Positions 1-8,663 of a stretch of DNA of 60,827 nt are shown piece by piece; within the stretch, counting starts at the first letter, position 1, and each line of letters starts with the position of its first letter. Source of the stretch: Treponema sp. (GTDB lineage Bacteria; Spirochaetota; Spirochaetia; Treponematales; Treponemataceae); assembly GCA_024697295.1 (NCBI GenBank), contig JAILFZ010000084.1, positions 1-60,827 on the forward strand, in the 5' to 3' direction. Below the pieces are notes generated by a model. It ran no database searches, had not been told where the DNA came from, and was given only the letters and a program-made list of their open reading frames with translations. The translations under genes were made by a program, and so were the position numbers.

Positions 1-152
1 GCGGAACAGACGGTTCGCGCCTGACCGAGATGGGAATCCCGACGCCAAACATTTTTACAGGCGGTTCGGACTTTCACTCAAGAAAAGAATCTTTGAGTCT
101 CAACGGGCTTTGTAAGTGTGTAGAAGTTTTAATAAACCTCACCCTGATATAA
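1..152 (+). CDS. pepT: Peptidase T, 3' end (partial, runs off the window)
   Basis: Translated by hand in the frame starting at nt 3: GTDGSRLTEMGIPTPNIFTGGSDFHSRKE...*, matching the PepT C-terminal GGTDG..L...G.P.PN.FTGG..FH motif. Stop TAA at 150-152. Confidence 0.85.
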   Translation, partial: GTDGSRLTEMGIPTPNIFTGGSDFHSRKESLSLNGLCKCVEVLINLTLI

Positions 153-179
153 GCGTCACGTTTTTTATAGGAGAAATAA

Positions 180-1463
180 ATGTACGAATACAAAGTAGAA
201 GGCGGAATCCCAATCCGCGGAACAATCGCAGCAAGCGGCAATAAAAACTCCGCACTTCCTTGTATTGCAGCAGCAATTTTAACCGACGAGCCGGTAATTT
301 TACGCAATATTCCGGCAATCGAAGACACAAACGTAATGCTCTTGATTTTACAGTCTCTCGGAGCAACTGTAGAAAACGCAGGCGACCACGTATGGAAAAT
401 CAACGCTGCCAAAATCGAAAAAAATGACATCCCTGCCGAATTGAGCAGGAAAATCCGTGCTTCTATTTTGTTTGCAGGCCCGCTCATCGCCCGCACAGGA
501 AAGGCTATCATGCCTCCACCTGGTGGTGACGTAATCGGACGCCGCCGGGTAGACACCCACTTTCTCGCACTCCAGGAACTTGGTGCCGTAATCACTGCAA
601 ACGGTCCATTCTCTTTTACAGCAAACAAACTCGTCGGAGCCGACATCTTCCTTGATGAAACATCGGTTACCGCCACAGAAAACGCAGTTATGGCTGCCGT
701 TCTTGCAGAAGGCAGAACAAAAATTACCAACGCCGCTTCTGAACCTCATGTTCAGGATTTGTGCAACATGCTCGTAGCTATGGGTGCAAAAATCAGCGGA
801 ATCGGTTCAAACATTCTTATAATTGACGGAGTTAAAAAACTTCACAAAGTTGACTTTACAATCGGACCTGATTTTATGGAAATCGGTTCATATATCGGTC
901 TTGCGGCCGCAACAAAGGGTTCAATTACAATCACCGGAGTACGTGCAGAAGATATGCGTCCGCTCCGCGTGGCCTTTGGCAAGCTCGGCATCCGCTGGAC
1001 TATCGAAGGCGACAAATTGAGCGTTGATGTTGGCCAGGAAATGAAGGTTAACACAGACCTCGGCGGAATGATTCCAAAAATTGACGACTCTCCGTGGCCT
1101 GGATTTCCGCCTGATTTGACTTCTATCATGACTGTCGTTGCAACCCAGGTTGAAGGTACAGTTCTGATATTTGAAAAGATGTTTGAAAGCCGCATGTTCT
1201 TTGTTGATAAACTTATCAGCATGGGCGCACGCATCACTCTCTGCGACCCTCACCGCGCGGTAGTTTCCGGACCGAGCGTTTTGCACGGAGACCACCTCGT
1301 AAGCCCTGACGTTCGTGCCGGCATGGCAATGGTAATCGCTGCAATGGCCGCTCACGGCGAGTCAACAATCAGCAATATTTATCAGATTGAACGCGGATAC
1401 GAACACCTTGTAGAAAAACTCCAGAGCCTTGGAGCCAAAATCAAGCGTGTAGAAATTGAATAG
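180..1463 (+). CDS. murA: UDP-N-acetylglucosamine 1-carboxyvinyltransferase
   Basis: Motifs GNKNSALP, RASIL, PGGDVIGRR, SVTATEN, PWPGFPPD, DVRAG and IERGYE. SD AGGAG upstream. Confidence 0.97.
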   Translation: MYEYKVEGGIPIRGTIAASGNKNSALPCIAAAILTDEPVILRNIPAIEDTNVMLLILQSLGATVENAGDHVWKINAAKIEKNDIPAELSRKIRASILFAGPLIARTGKAIMPPPGGDVIGRRRVDTHFLALQELGAVITANGPFSFTANKLVGADIFLDETSVTATENAVMAAVLAEGRTKITNAASEPHVQDLCNMLVAMGAKISGIGSNILIIDGVKKLHKVDFTIGPDFMEIGSYIGLAAATKGSITITGVRAEDMRPLRVAFGKLGIRWTIEGDKLSVDVGQEMKVNTDLGGMIPKIDDSPWPGFPPDLTSIMTVVATQVEGTVLIFEKMFESRMFFVDKLISMGARITLCDPHRAVVSGPSVLHGDHLVSPDVRAGMAMVIAAMAAHGESTISNIYQIERGYEHLVEKLQSLGAKIKRVEIE

Positions 1464-1465
1464 AT

Positions 1466-2209
1466 TTAATTTGCAAATCTTTGAATAATTACTTCGTATG
1501 CTTTCTGGACGCGGATAAATTCCGCGTCATTTTTTTCTGTCCCGCTGTCCGGATGGAATTTTGCAGCCAGACAGCGGTGAGCCTTTTTTACCTCATCAAG
1601 AGACGAATCTTTATCAAGTCCGAGCACAAGGTACGCATTCTGCACTTCGTCATTCTGCACCGAGTAGTTGAGCAATGATGCAAGGTAAACAGACGGTTTT
1701 TCGCCCTTATCTTCGTCCCACGCAAACTCCGAGCCGCGCAAAAACGCAAAAATTTCTGTCACGGGAACAAGTGTTTCTTTTTCGTGCAGCAAAACAGAAG
1801 CAAGATTTTCCACAGCCAGATCCTTGTTAAAGTCTTCAATTATTGAAGAGCGGCAAATTGAATTCCAGTCGGCTTTAAAGCGGGGACCAAACACAAGGCC
1901 GGCGCCGCGTGCCGCACTCGCGCTGTCACCAAGACACCAGCTTGCCAGCGCGCACGCATACACCGCCCCCGGAAAAGGTTCTTTTATATTTGAAACACGC
2001 TTTCCGCCCCTCAGGACGTTTTTTAAGGAACGCTCGTCTTTAATTCGATTAACAATAAGTTCAACAAAAAAGCCTGTAAAAAGTCCTGCTATTGCACCGT
2101 ACGGACCGGCCAGAAGTCCGATGCATAAGCATACGGCAAAAATCCAGTGCTGTTTAAGCAAATCAAGAAGAATTAAAAATGTTTTTCTGGCAATAGTTTT
2201 GATATTCAA
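1466..2209 (-). CDS. DjlA-like membrane-anchored co-chaperone with C-terminal J domain
   Basis: N-terminal Gly-rich TM segment (IGLLAGPYGAIAGLFTG). C-terminal J domain AYLVLGL...VKKAHR.LAAKFHPD...F.RVQKAYE. Confidence 0.8.
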   Translation of the reverse strand: MNIKTIARKTFLILLDLLKQHWIFAVCLCIGLLAGPYGAIAGLFTGFFVELIVNRIKDERSLKNVLRGGKRVSNIKEPFPGAVYACALASWCLGDSASAARGAGLVFGPRFKADWNSICRSSIIEDFNKDLAVENLASVLLHEKETLVPVTEIFAFLRGSEFAWDEDKGEKPSVYLASLLNYSVQNDEVQNAYLVLGLDKDSSLDEVKKAHRCLAAKFHPDSGTEKNDAEFIRVQKAYEVIIQRFAN

Positions 2210-2217
2210 TTTAGAAC

Positions 2218-4035
2218 TTACGCGGTCTTTTTAAATACAAAATGCAGGGAAACAAGAACAAGTACAACCGAGTAAATTACAAATGCCACAAGCAGAGCAG
2301 AGTTTTTGGCACAGGCCGCAAATGCAAAGGTGCTGAGCCCGGTAACAGTCAGTATCAATTCTATAAAGATATCGGTAATCAAAGTACAGAACGGAAGGAC
2401 AAAAATCCATACAAACTTGAATACCTGGTCCTTTTTTGTTCGGAGGTTCCATGCGACAGATGCAAGAATCACAAGAACAATCAGCATAATCAGCGGATAG
2501 GTCAGCCGTTTAATCATCATTGAATTAAACACTTCGCCCGAGTATCCAAGGTTCTGCGCTGCCGAACTCATCTTTACGAGGGCATCGAGACGCATTTTAT
2601 CCGGACCGCCGTACAAATCGCAGGCAGTGTTAAAATCATCAAACGGCATCGAAAGTACAAGCGAGTTTTCTTTTTTCTGATTTTCTTTAGCAATATATGG
2701 AGCGTATTCCCAGACAGGACCGCTGTTCTTTCCGCGCATATTGCGGTCAATACTGTCGAGCATCAAATACGGAACATATTTATATTCTTCTTTTAAGCCG
2801 AGTTTTTCGCGGGTTTCTTCATCAAAATTATCCACCGGCACGGAAAGAAGTTTTACATAAGGGACGCTGACACTTCTTACAAATGAACCGTTTTTGCCAA
2901 AGGTTGTCATATTAAATCCGCGCAGATACTGAACCATGCGTCCGCTATCGCTTACAGGCGTAATTCCACGGATGTAGATAACATCAGTTACGCCGCCATC
3001 ATGCTTGATTGTAAAGTAGACGTCCATGTAATTTTCAAAGGTCTGGAGACGGTCAGTTTCATCTATAAAGAAACACTGGCTTTGCACGCGCTTTTTAGCA
3101 ATTTCAAGATACTGGGTAACGTCCGGGTCACTCGACCACGATTCGTCCTCGGCTGCAATTTCCATAAACTGATAGTAAGATTCAACATTGTCGCCTTCAG
3201 AAAGCGACTTGTACGCCTTACGCTTTTTTTCAAACAAAAGCTGGTCGCGGTCTTTTTCAAGTTTAGGAGCACCCATAAGATTGTTCCATGCAACTGAAGC
3301 AAGACGTTTTGCTTCTTTGAGATTAGAGTCCATGCCGCTTCCGCTCGAAATTGCAAGCTGAGCGTAATAATGACTGTCAAACCATTTGTTGTGTGCTGCA
3401 GCTTCCTCTGCTTTTCTAATCAGGGAAGTTACAGTTTCGCCCCTGGCCTCAAGGTAAGGAAGCAGCTGATTTGCAGTTTCTACCGGAGTTTTAGGAGCTT
3501 TTTTAATAGCCTTGATAACGGCTTCACTTTTATCGATTAATTCACGGGCAAGCATATTTTTAGGTTCAATCTTTACAGCCTGACTTCCATATCTGTGTGC
3601 AAGCGTATAATTATTTTCGCTGAGGGCTTCCTGTCCGTTTTTGATGTATTCACTTAAAAGATGAGGAGCGCGTTCAAGATAATCTTTTCTACGCGCAATC
3701 ATCGGGCTCAAAATCTCGTTTGTAACGGTCATAATCGCAACAAGACAAACTGCAACAATCAAAACGTGCTTAAAGTTTGACATAATTACGCGGCTGAACC
3801 TCATCAAAGCTTTTTGAGCATTTTTTCCAAAATCAATCGCAAAGGCAAGCAAAAAGGCCGATGCAAGAACGGACGGCAGAATTCTAAAAAAGAAGATAAA
3901 TGCACGGCAGAGAATCCAGCTTGTTTTTGCACCTTCAAGCAGAGCAGGAATATGACCGAGCGCGGTTGCAGTAATCAGACAGGCACCAAAGGCCAGAACT
4001 GTATACGAAAAAATGATTCCAAAAATACGTCTCAT
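2218..4035 (-). CDS. Membrane protein, LptF/LptG-like topology with TPR-like insertion
   Basis: 3 N-terminal TMs, a large soluble domain with TPR-like helices, then 3 C-terminal TMs starting KRLTYPLIMLIVLVILA. Confidence 0.6.
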   Translation of the reverse strand: MRRIFGIIFSYTVLAFGACLITATALGHIPALLEGAKTSWILCRAFIFFFRILPSVLASAFLLAFAIDFGKNAQKALMRFSRVIMSNFKHVLIVAVCLVAIMTVTNEILSPMIARRKDYLERAPHLLSEYIKNGQEALSENNYTLAHRYGSQAVKIEPKNMLARELIDKSEAVIKAIKKAPKTPVETANQLLPYLEARGETVTSLIRKAEEAAAHNKWFDSHYYAQLAISSGSGMDSNLKEAKRLASVAWNNLMGAPKLEKDRDQLLFEKKRKAYKSLSEGDNVESYYQFMEIAAEDESWSSDPDVTQYLEIAKKRVQSQCFFIDETDRLQTFENYMDVYFTIKHDGGVTDVIYIRGITPVSDSGRMVQYLRGFNMTTFGKNGSFVRSVSVPYVKLLSVPVDNFDEETREKLGLKEEYKYVPYLMLDSIDRNMRGKNSGPVWEYAPYIAKENQKKENSLVLSMPFDDFNTACDLYGGPDKMRLDALVKMSSAAQNLGYSGEVFNSMMIKRLTYPLIMLIVLVILASVAWNLRTKKDQVFKFVWIFVLPFCTLITDIFIELILTVTGLSTFAFAACAKNSALLVAFVIYSVVLVLVSLHFVFKKTA

Positions 4036-5033
4036 ACCAGTTCGTCCTCCGTTTCTGCCTTACTTCTAAAAATAAAAAGTAAAATTCCTGTCAGTGTAAG
4101 AAGTGCAAAAATTATAAAATTAACAAAGCTGATAAATAAGTCCGGCGCGTGTATGATTGAATTAAAGAATCCGTCCGTTTCAGGAATATATGCCATCAGT
4201 TCATTCCATTTGCCGGTAACCGAAGTGAACAGATAGCCCTTGTAATAAGCCCAGTTTACAACACAAATCAAAAGTCCCGTAAAAAAAGCCAGGAGAGCAT
4301 CAATCAAACTCCATGCGCTGAAGTTTTCAAAGGCAATGCACGAACCAAATGCAAGGGCAAGACATAAGAATAAAAGCCAGTGCGCAAAGGAGTCGTTCCA
4401 AGCGGCTTGTGCCTTATCGCGCAAAACTGAATATAATTCAAGCGGGGCTAAAATCACAAAAGGAAGTTTTACGGCATCACGGATAATTGAATCTGCAAAC
4501 TGTCCCGAAAAGTCAGCGTCGATTATTGAATTGGAGAAGCGTACTACACTTCCCTTATCGCCTGTAATTCCTGTTAAATCGATATACAGTCCGTCGGCCT
4601 TGCCATCTTCCTGAACGCGCGAAAAATAAAAAACTCCGCCCGATTCCGGCCTAAAAAAGCCCGGAGACAAAAACGGAACTTCATAAGTTTTTGCGAATTT
4701 TTCTTCATATTTTTTTAACAGAGTAAAACTTGAAGGAATCAAAATAATCCAGGCGATAAAGCCGGACACAACATAAACTGCAAGTCTGATGAGCGGATTC
4801 TTTTTATGACGCAGACCATAGACAATCATCAACGCCAGAACAATGACACAAACCAGCGGGAGCGTAATCAAAAGTCCCCGGATATAAAAATCCCAGTTAA
4901 AAAAGGCAAAACTTTCTCCGCAAACCAGAAGGGTCAGATTGCAGCAAATCATAAAGACGAATGCAGCGGCAAGAGTTCCACAGACGGTCATGAGGAAAAA
5001 ATACATAAACATTGTAAAAGCGTTTTTCATCAT
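4032..5033 (-). CDS. Membrane protein, LptF/LptG-like topology
   Basis: 3 N-terminal TMs, then a beta-rich segment starting LSPGFF..GGVFYF...ADGLYI, then C-terminal TMs. Overlaps the next gene by 4 nt. Start is ATG 5033 or 5030. Confidence 0.55.
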   Translation of the reverse strand: MMKNAFTMFMYFFLMTVCGTLAAAFVFMICCNLTLLVCGESFAFFNWDFYIRGLLITLPLVCVIVLALMIVYGLRHKKNPLIRLAVYVVSGFIAWIILIPSSFTLLKKYEEKFAKTYEVPFLSPGFFRPESGGVFYFSRVQEDGKADGLYIDLTGITGDKGSVVRFSNSIIDADFSGQFADSIIRDAVKLPFVILAPLELYSVLRDKAQAAWNDSFAHWLLFLCLALAFGSCIAFENFSAWSLIDALLAFFTGLLICVVNWAYYKGYLFTSVTGKWNELMAYIPETDGFFNSIIHAPDLFISFVNFIIFALLTLTGILLFIFRSKAETEDELV

Positions 5034-5074
5034 TTTTAGTATACTCCGCAACAATCCTGAACACAACTCACTTT

Positions 5075-5331
5075 CTAATCACAAGTTATCCACAGGTTGT
5101 CAACACAAACTTTCGTTAGTTTCTAAATTTTCGGCATTTCTAACTCACAATATTAAAAGAAATTATAAGTTTTTTTGCTGTTAAAAATTAAATAATTCCT
5201 TGTATTATATAGAATTAACCTAAATATAACAAAATTCAACCTAAGTCATTATATTAGATAGAATTAGCATTTTGACTAGTATTTTTACCTGTACAGGCAC
5301 TTAGAAACAAGTTATCCACAAGTTAGACACA
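5075..5331 (+). promoter_or_regulatory. DnaA-box cluster: two phased triplets flanking an AT-rich stretch
   Basis: Perfect TTATCCACA at 5086-5094 and 5312-5320. Degenerate boxes at 5075, 5097, 5301 and 5323 give an 11-bp period. Confidence 0.7.
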
Positions 5332-5334
5332 AGC

Positions 5335-5364
5335 AAAAAAAAAGCTCCGTTTTAGCAACGGAGC
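5335..5364 (-). terminator. Intrinsic terminator of the STAS gene
   Basis: Stem GCTCCGTT/AACGGAGC followed by 9 T on the minus strand. Confidence 0.85.
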
Positions 5365-5371
5365 GTTGATT

Positions 5372-5923
5372 TTAGCCTAAGAAAACCTGACCCTGCTGGT
5401 CGATAGCAAGGATTGATTTACATTCAGAACAGCGGAACCGGCCGCTTCTTGAAGCCTTAAGGCGTTTAGAACATACTGGACAACTGAACACTTTAGGAAA
5501 TACGCTTTCTGTAACAGGAGCGCCCTGCTTAAAGAAGTTAACAGCGTCTGACATAGAATCTTTGATATTAAAGAACTGGCTGAATCCAAGCAGCTGGAAT
5601 ACTTCGTAAACCTTTGGCTGGATTTCAAGAAGAACAATGTCTCCTCCCTTTGGCTTTACCATTTTAAGGAATGCGGTAAAAGACCCGATACCAGTTGATG
5701 ATACATAGTTAAGGGATGCGCAGTTGAATATAAGGTTTTTATATCCGGCTTCTACAACCTTAGAAATTCTCTTCTGGAAAAAACTTGAGTTATAGGTATC
5801 GATGTAACCATTCAAATAAATTGTAAGACAGTTTTCAACTTCTGAGATTTTTTCCAGATTGATTTTGAGACTGTCATCTTTTTCATCGTTAAAACCAGGA
5901 ACAAGGTTGTTATTATTGCTCAT
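5372..5923 (-). CDS. Anti-sigma factor antagonist (STAS) with C-terminal Zn ribbon
   Basis: STAS motifs LNGYIDTYNS, LNYVSSTGIG and VYEVFQLLGF. C-terminal CPVC...CSEC. Confidence 0.88.
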   Translation of the reverse strand: MSNNNNLVPGFNDEKDDSLKINLEKISEVENCLTIYLNGYIDTYNSSFFQKRISKVVEAGYKNLIFNCASLNYVSSTGIGSFTAFLKMVKPKGGDIVLLEIQPKVYEVFQLLGFSQFFNIKDSMSDAVNFFKQGAPVTESVFPKVFSCPVCSKRLKASRSGRFRCSECKSILAIDQQGQVFLG

Positions 5924-6011
5924 AGATCTCCTACCATTTATAAACTCATTTTAAATTAAAGACAATTATAGTCTTTAAAGAATACTACAAAAATCACCAT
6001 TATGTCAAATT

Positions 6012-6770
6012 CTAGACATTGCTCCTGGCAAGATTTGCAGTCAAACCACGGTCTAAACGCAGTAAAACGCCATTTAAATCACCGTTTGAAAGAAGAAATT
6101 CAGCTGCCAAAGCAACACTTTCTTCCTTTATTAACTTACCGCCCGGCATTTTTTTTGCAAGTTCAATTTTTTGCTCCGGACTGACATATCCGGTATCAAC
6201 AAAGCCAGGCATAATAGCATTACAGGTTATTCCGTAATCCGCATAATTTGATGCAACAGACTGAACCAATATTCCAAGCCCGGTTTTTGCACCTGCATAG
6301 GCAGCATTGGTTTTATACTCTGTCCTGAAAGAAGTGCCCGTTCCACCAAAGAGCAAAATCCGGCCCCACTTCTTATTCATCATATTTTTTAATGCGGAAC
6401 TTACGAAAAATCCGGGAAGTGCATAATTCAAAAGACTTATGTCCTTCCACTGCTGCGCTGTCATCTGATCGAGACTTTCCTGAAGAAAGGGACCATAACA
6501 GACACATAAAATATCGGCAATCGCCACACACTTGTTTAGCAAACTTGAATCAATATTTAAAAAATCCGTTTTTTCCAGGTCCAGATTTACAGTTTTAACA
6601 ATTGAATTAAATTGTTTTTGAAGTTCAGCCGAAACTTTTTTGAGTTTTTTGTCGTCTCTGCCGTGAATTGTCAAAGAAGCACCGTTTTTGACGAGAATTT
6701 TAGAAATCTCAAGTCCAATTCCGCCACTGCCTCCGATTACAACCGCAGTTTTTCCTTCAAAAATATTCAT
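6012..6770 (-). CDS. Short-chain dehydrogenase/reductase (FabG-like)
   Basis: GGSGGIG, YAGAK (YxxxK) and NAIMPGFVDT. Probable start ATG 6770. Confidence 0.88.
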   Translation of the reverse strand: MNIFEGKTAVVIGGSGGIGLEISKILVKNGASLTIHGRDDKKLKKVSAELQKQFNSIVKTVNLDLEKTDFLNIDSSLLNKCVAIADILCVCYGPFLQESLDQMTAQQWKDISLLNYALPGFFVSSALKNMMNKKWGRILLFGGTGTSFRTEYKTNAAYAGAKTGLGILVQSVASNYADYGITCNAIMPGFVDTGYVSPEQKIELAKKMPGGKLIKEESVALAAEFLLSNGDLNGVLLRLDRGLTANLARSNV

Positions 6771-6835
6771 GTGTATAATTGTAGCACAAAAAATCAAAAA
6801 GAATTAGACTTATACAAAAATAACGAAGGAATTTT

Positions 6836-7558
6836 ATGAATCTAGACAATATCACCGTAGTCCTTGTCCGTCCGGATGAAAGCCGTAATATCGGCGCAGT
6901 CTGCAGGGCAATGGCAAACAATAACATTCACGACTTACGCATTGTCGGAAAAAAATCTGACTACGATGAAGAGCGCGTCCGCATTCTGGCAATTCATGCC
7001 GCATACATCTGGGAAAACGCAAAGTTTTATAAATCAATTACAGAGGCAACCTCTGACTGTGTAATCGCCGCCGGAACTACACGACGCCGCGGTAAAAAGC
7101 GCGCCGACAAACTCCTCCTTCCCGAGGAATTTGCAGAACTTTCCGACAAAAGCAACGGCAGAATTGCAGCCGTTTTTGGCAACGAACGTACAGGCCTGAC
7201 AGATGAAGAGGTTCTGGAGTGCACAATCGGAGTCACAATTCCTTCTTCAGAAGAATTTGCTTCTCTCAATCTTTCTCATGCAGTACAGATTATCTGCTAC
7301 CACCTTTTCAGACGGCAGGGCAAAGTTTCGCCGGGCTACACACCAATCGACCTCAAACGACTGGACAAAACTGTAGACACGATCAGCAGATCGCTCAAGC
7401 AGGTTGGATTTTTTAAAGTTGCAGGTCAGGCCGATATGGAACGGTTCTGGCGCGGAATTTTATCCCGGGCAGTTTTGAGCGAAGGCGACGCGTCATATAT
7501 CGAAAAAACTTTTACAAAAATTGCCGGCTTGAACAGTAAAAATTCAACTCAAAAATAA
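6836..7558 (+). CDS. trmJ: SPOUT tRNA methyltransferase, TrmJ/LasT family
   Basis: VVLVRP..SRNIGAVCRAM, VFGNERTGLT and SLNLSHAV motifs. Confidence 0.88.
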   Translation: MNLDNITVVLVRPDESRNIGAVCRAMANNNIHDLRIVGKKSDYDEERVRILAIHAAYIWENAKFYKSITEATSDCVIAAGTTRRRGKKRADKLLLPEEFAELSDKSNGRIAAVFGNERTGLTDEEVLECTIGVTIPSSEEFASLNLSHAVQIICYHLFRRQGKVSPGYTPIDLKRLDKTVDTISRSLKQVGFFKVAGQADMERFWRGILSRAVLSEGDASYIEKTFTKIAGLNSKNSTQK

Positions 7559-8652
7559 TTTGCCCCGATTATTTTGTCTTTGCACAAAAGACTTGCAGTG
7601 CGAAGGCAGTTTTCAAGTTCGCGGATATTGCCCGGCCAGTCACGATTTTTCAGTTTTACAACTGCGTCAGCGCCAAGCGATTTTTGAATTTTCTCTTTCT
7701 TAAAAAAATTTCCGGCAAGCTCTTCAATATCTTCCCTGTGCTCGCGCAGCGGCGGAACCTCGATTACAAACTGACTTATTCTATAATACAAATCCTGCCT
7801 GAACCGTTTTTCCGTTATCATCTGCTCAAGGTTTGCGTGCGTTGCAAAAATCAGCCGAACGTCAGTGTGGTACAATTTATCGTCACCCGGTCTGCGGTAA
7901 GTTCCGTCCTGGATAATCTGAAGGATTTTTGCCTGCATCGCCGGACTCAGTTCGCCGATTTCGTCGAGGAAGAGAGTTGATTTGTCCGCACTGGCAAAAA
8001 GTCCCTTTCTTGAACTCACACTGCCCGTATACGCACCTTCGGCAGCTCCAAAAAATTCGCTTTCCGCAAGACCTTCTGCGATTGCAGCCACGTTCTGGCT
8101 TACAAAGGGTCTTCCGCAACCGGCACGTTTACTCAATTCATGAATTATGCGGGCAATTAATGTTTTTCCCGAGCCGCTTTCGCCCCGCAGGAGGACAATC
8201 ACGTCTTCTTTTGCGGCTGTCAAAATCTTTTCTTTTAATTGTTGAACTGCACGGCTCGTTCCTGAAATTTTATCCAGCGGATTTGTTGTTTCTTTGTCAG
8301 CATTTTGAAGTTCGTTTTGTAAGGTAAAAAGCTCGGGACGGGATTTGATAAGGTGCCTTAGTCCAAAAGGCATCGAAATTGAACTGGATTTCAGGCGGGG
8401 CAAACCCAATTCAATTTTGGCTGAGACAAAAAAAAGAGTATGATTGAATTTTTCGCACAGGAGACGGATTCGGTTTTTATCTTCTTCTGCAAGCCTGCAG
8501 TCAGCGAGCACCGTAAAAAAATGATCTGATTTTAAGAGATTGTACAAAAACTCAAAAGAGTCGAGCACGCATGCATCCAGGCGCTTTTCCAGACACGAAG
8601 AACACAGTACCCTGAACTTTTTATCCCAGGAGAATACGATTACTCTTTTCAA
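7549..8652 (-). CDS. Sigma-54-interacting AAA+ activator (bEBP) without C-terminal HTH
   Basis: Walker A GESGSGKT, GAYTGS (GAFTGA variant), TLFLDEIGEL, FRQDLYYR and WPGNIRELEN. The protein ends right after the AAA+ domain. Confidence 0.88.
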   Translation of the reverse strand: MKRVIVFSWDKKFRVLCSSCLEKRLDACVLDSFEFLYNLLKSDHFFTVLADCRLAEEDKNRIRLLCEKFNHTLFFVSAKIELGLPRLKSSSISMPFGLRHLIKSRPELFTLQNELQNADKETTNPLDKISGTSRAVQQLKEKILTAAKEDVIVLLRGESGSGKTLIARIIHELSKRAGCGRPFVSQNVAAIAEGLAESEFFGAAEGAYTGSVSSRKGLFASADKSTLFLDEIGELSPAMQAKILQIIQDGTYRRPGDDKLYHTDVRLIFATHANLEQMITEKRFRQDLYYRISQFVIEVPPLREHREDIEELAGNFFKKEKIQKSLGADAVVKLKNRDWPGNIRELENCLRTASLLCKDKIIGANYF

Positions 8653-8663
8653 TAGATGAACTT

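Noticed and set aside
5075-5331. Calling the DnaA-box cluster the chromosomal oriC
   Set aside because: No dnaA or dnaN is nearby, the ribosomal operons point toward it, and I see no obvious strand-composition switch by eye. It is kept only as a DnaA-box cluster.
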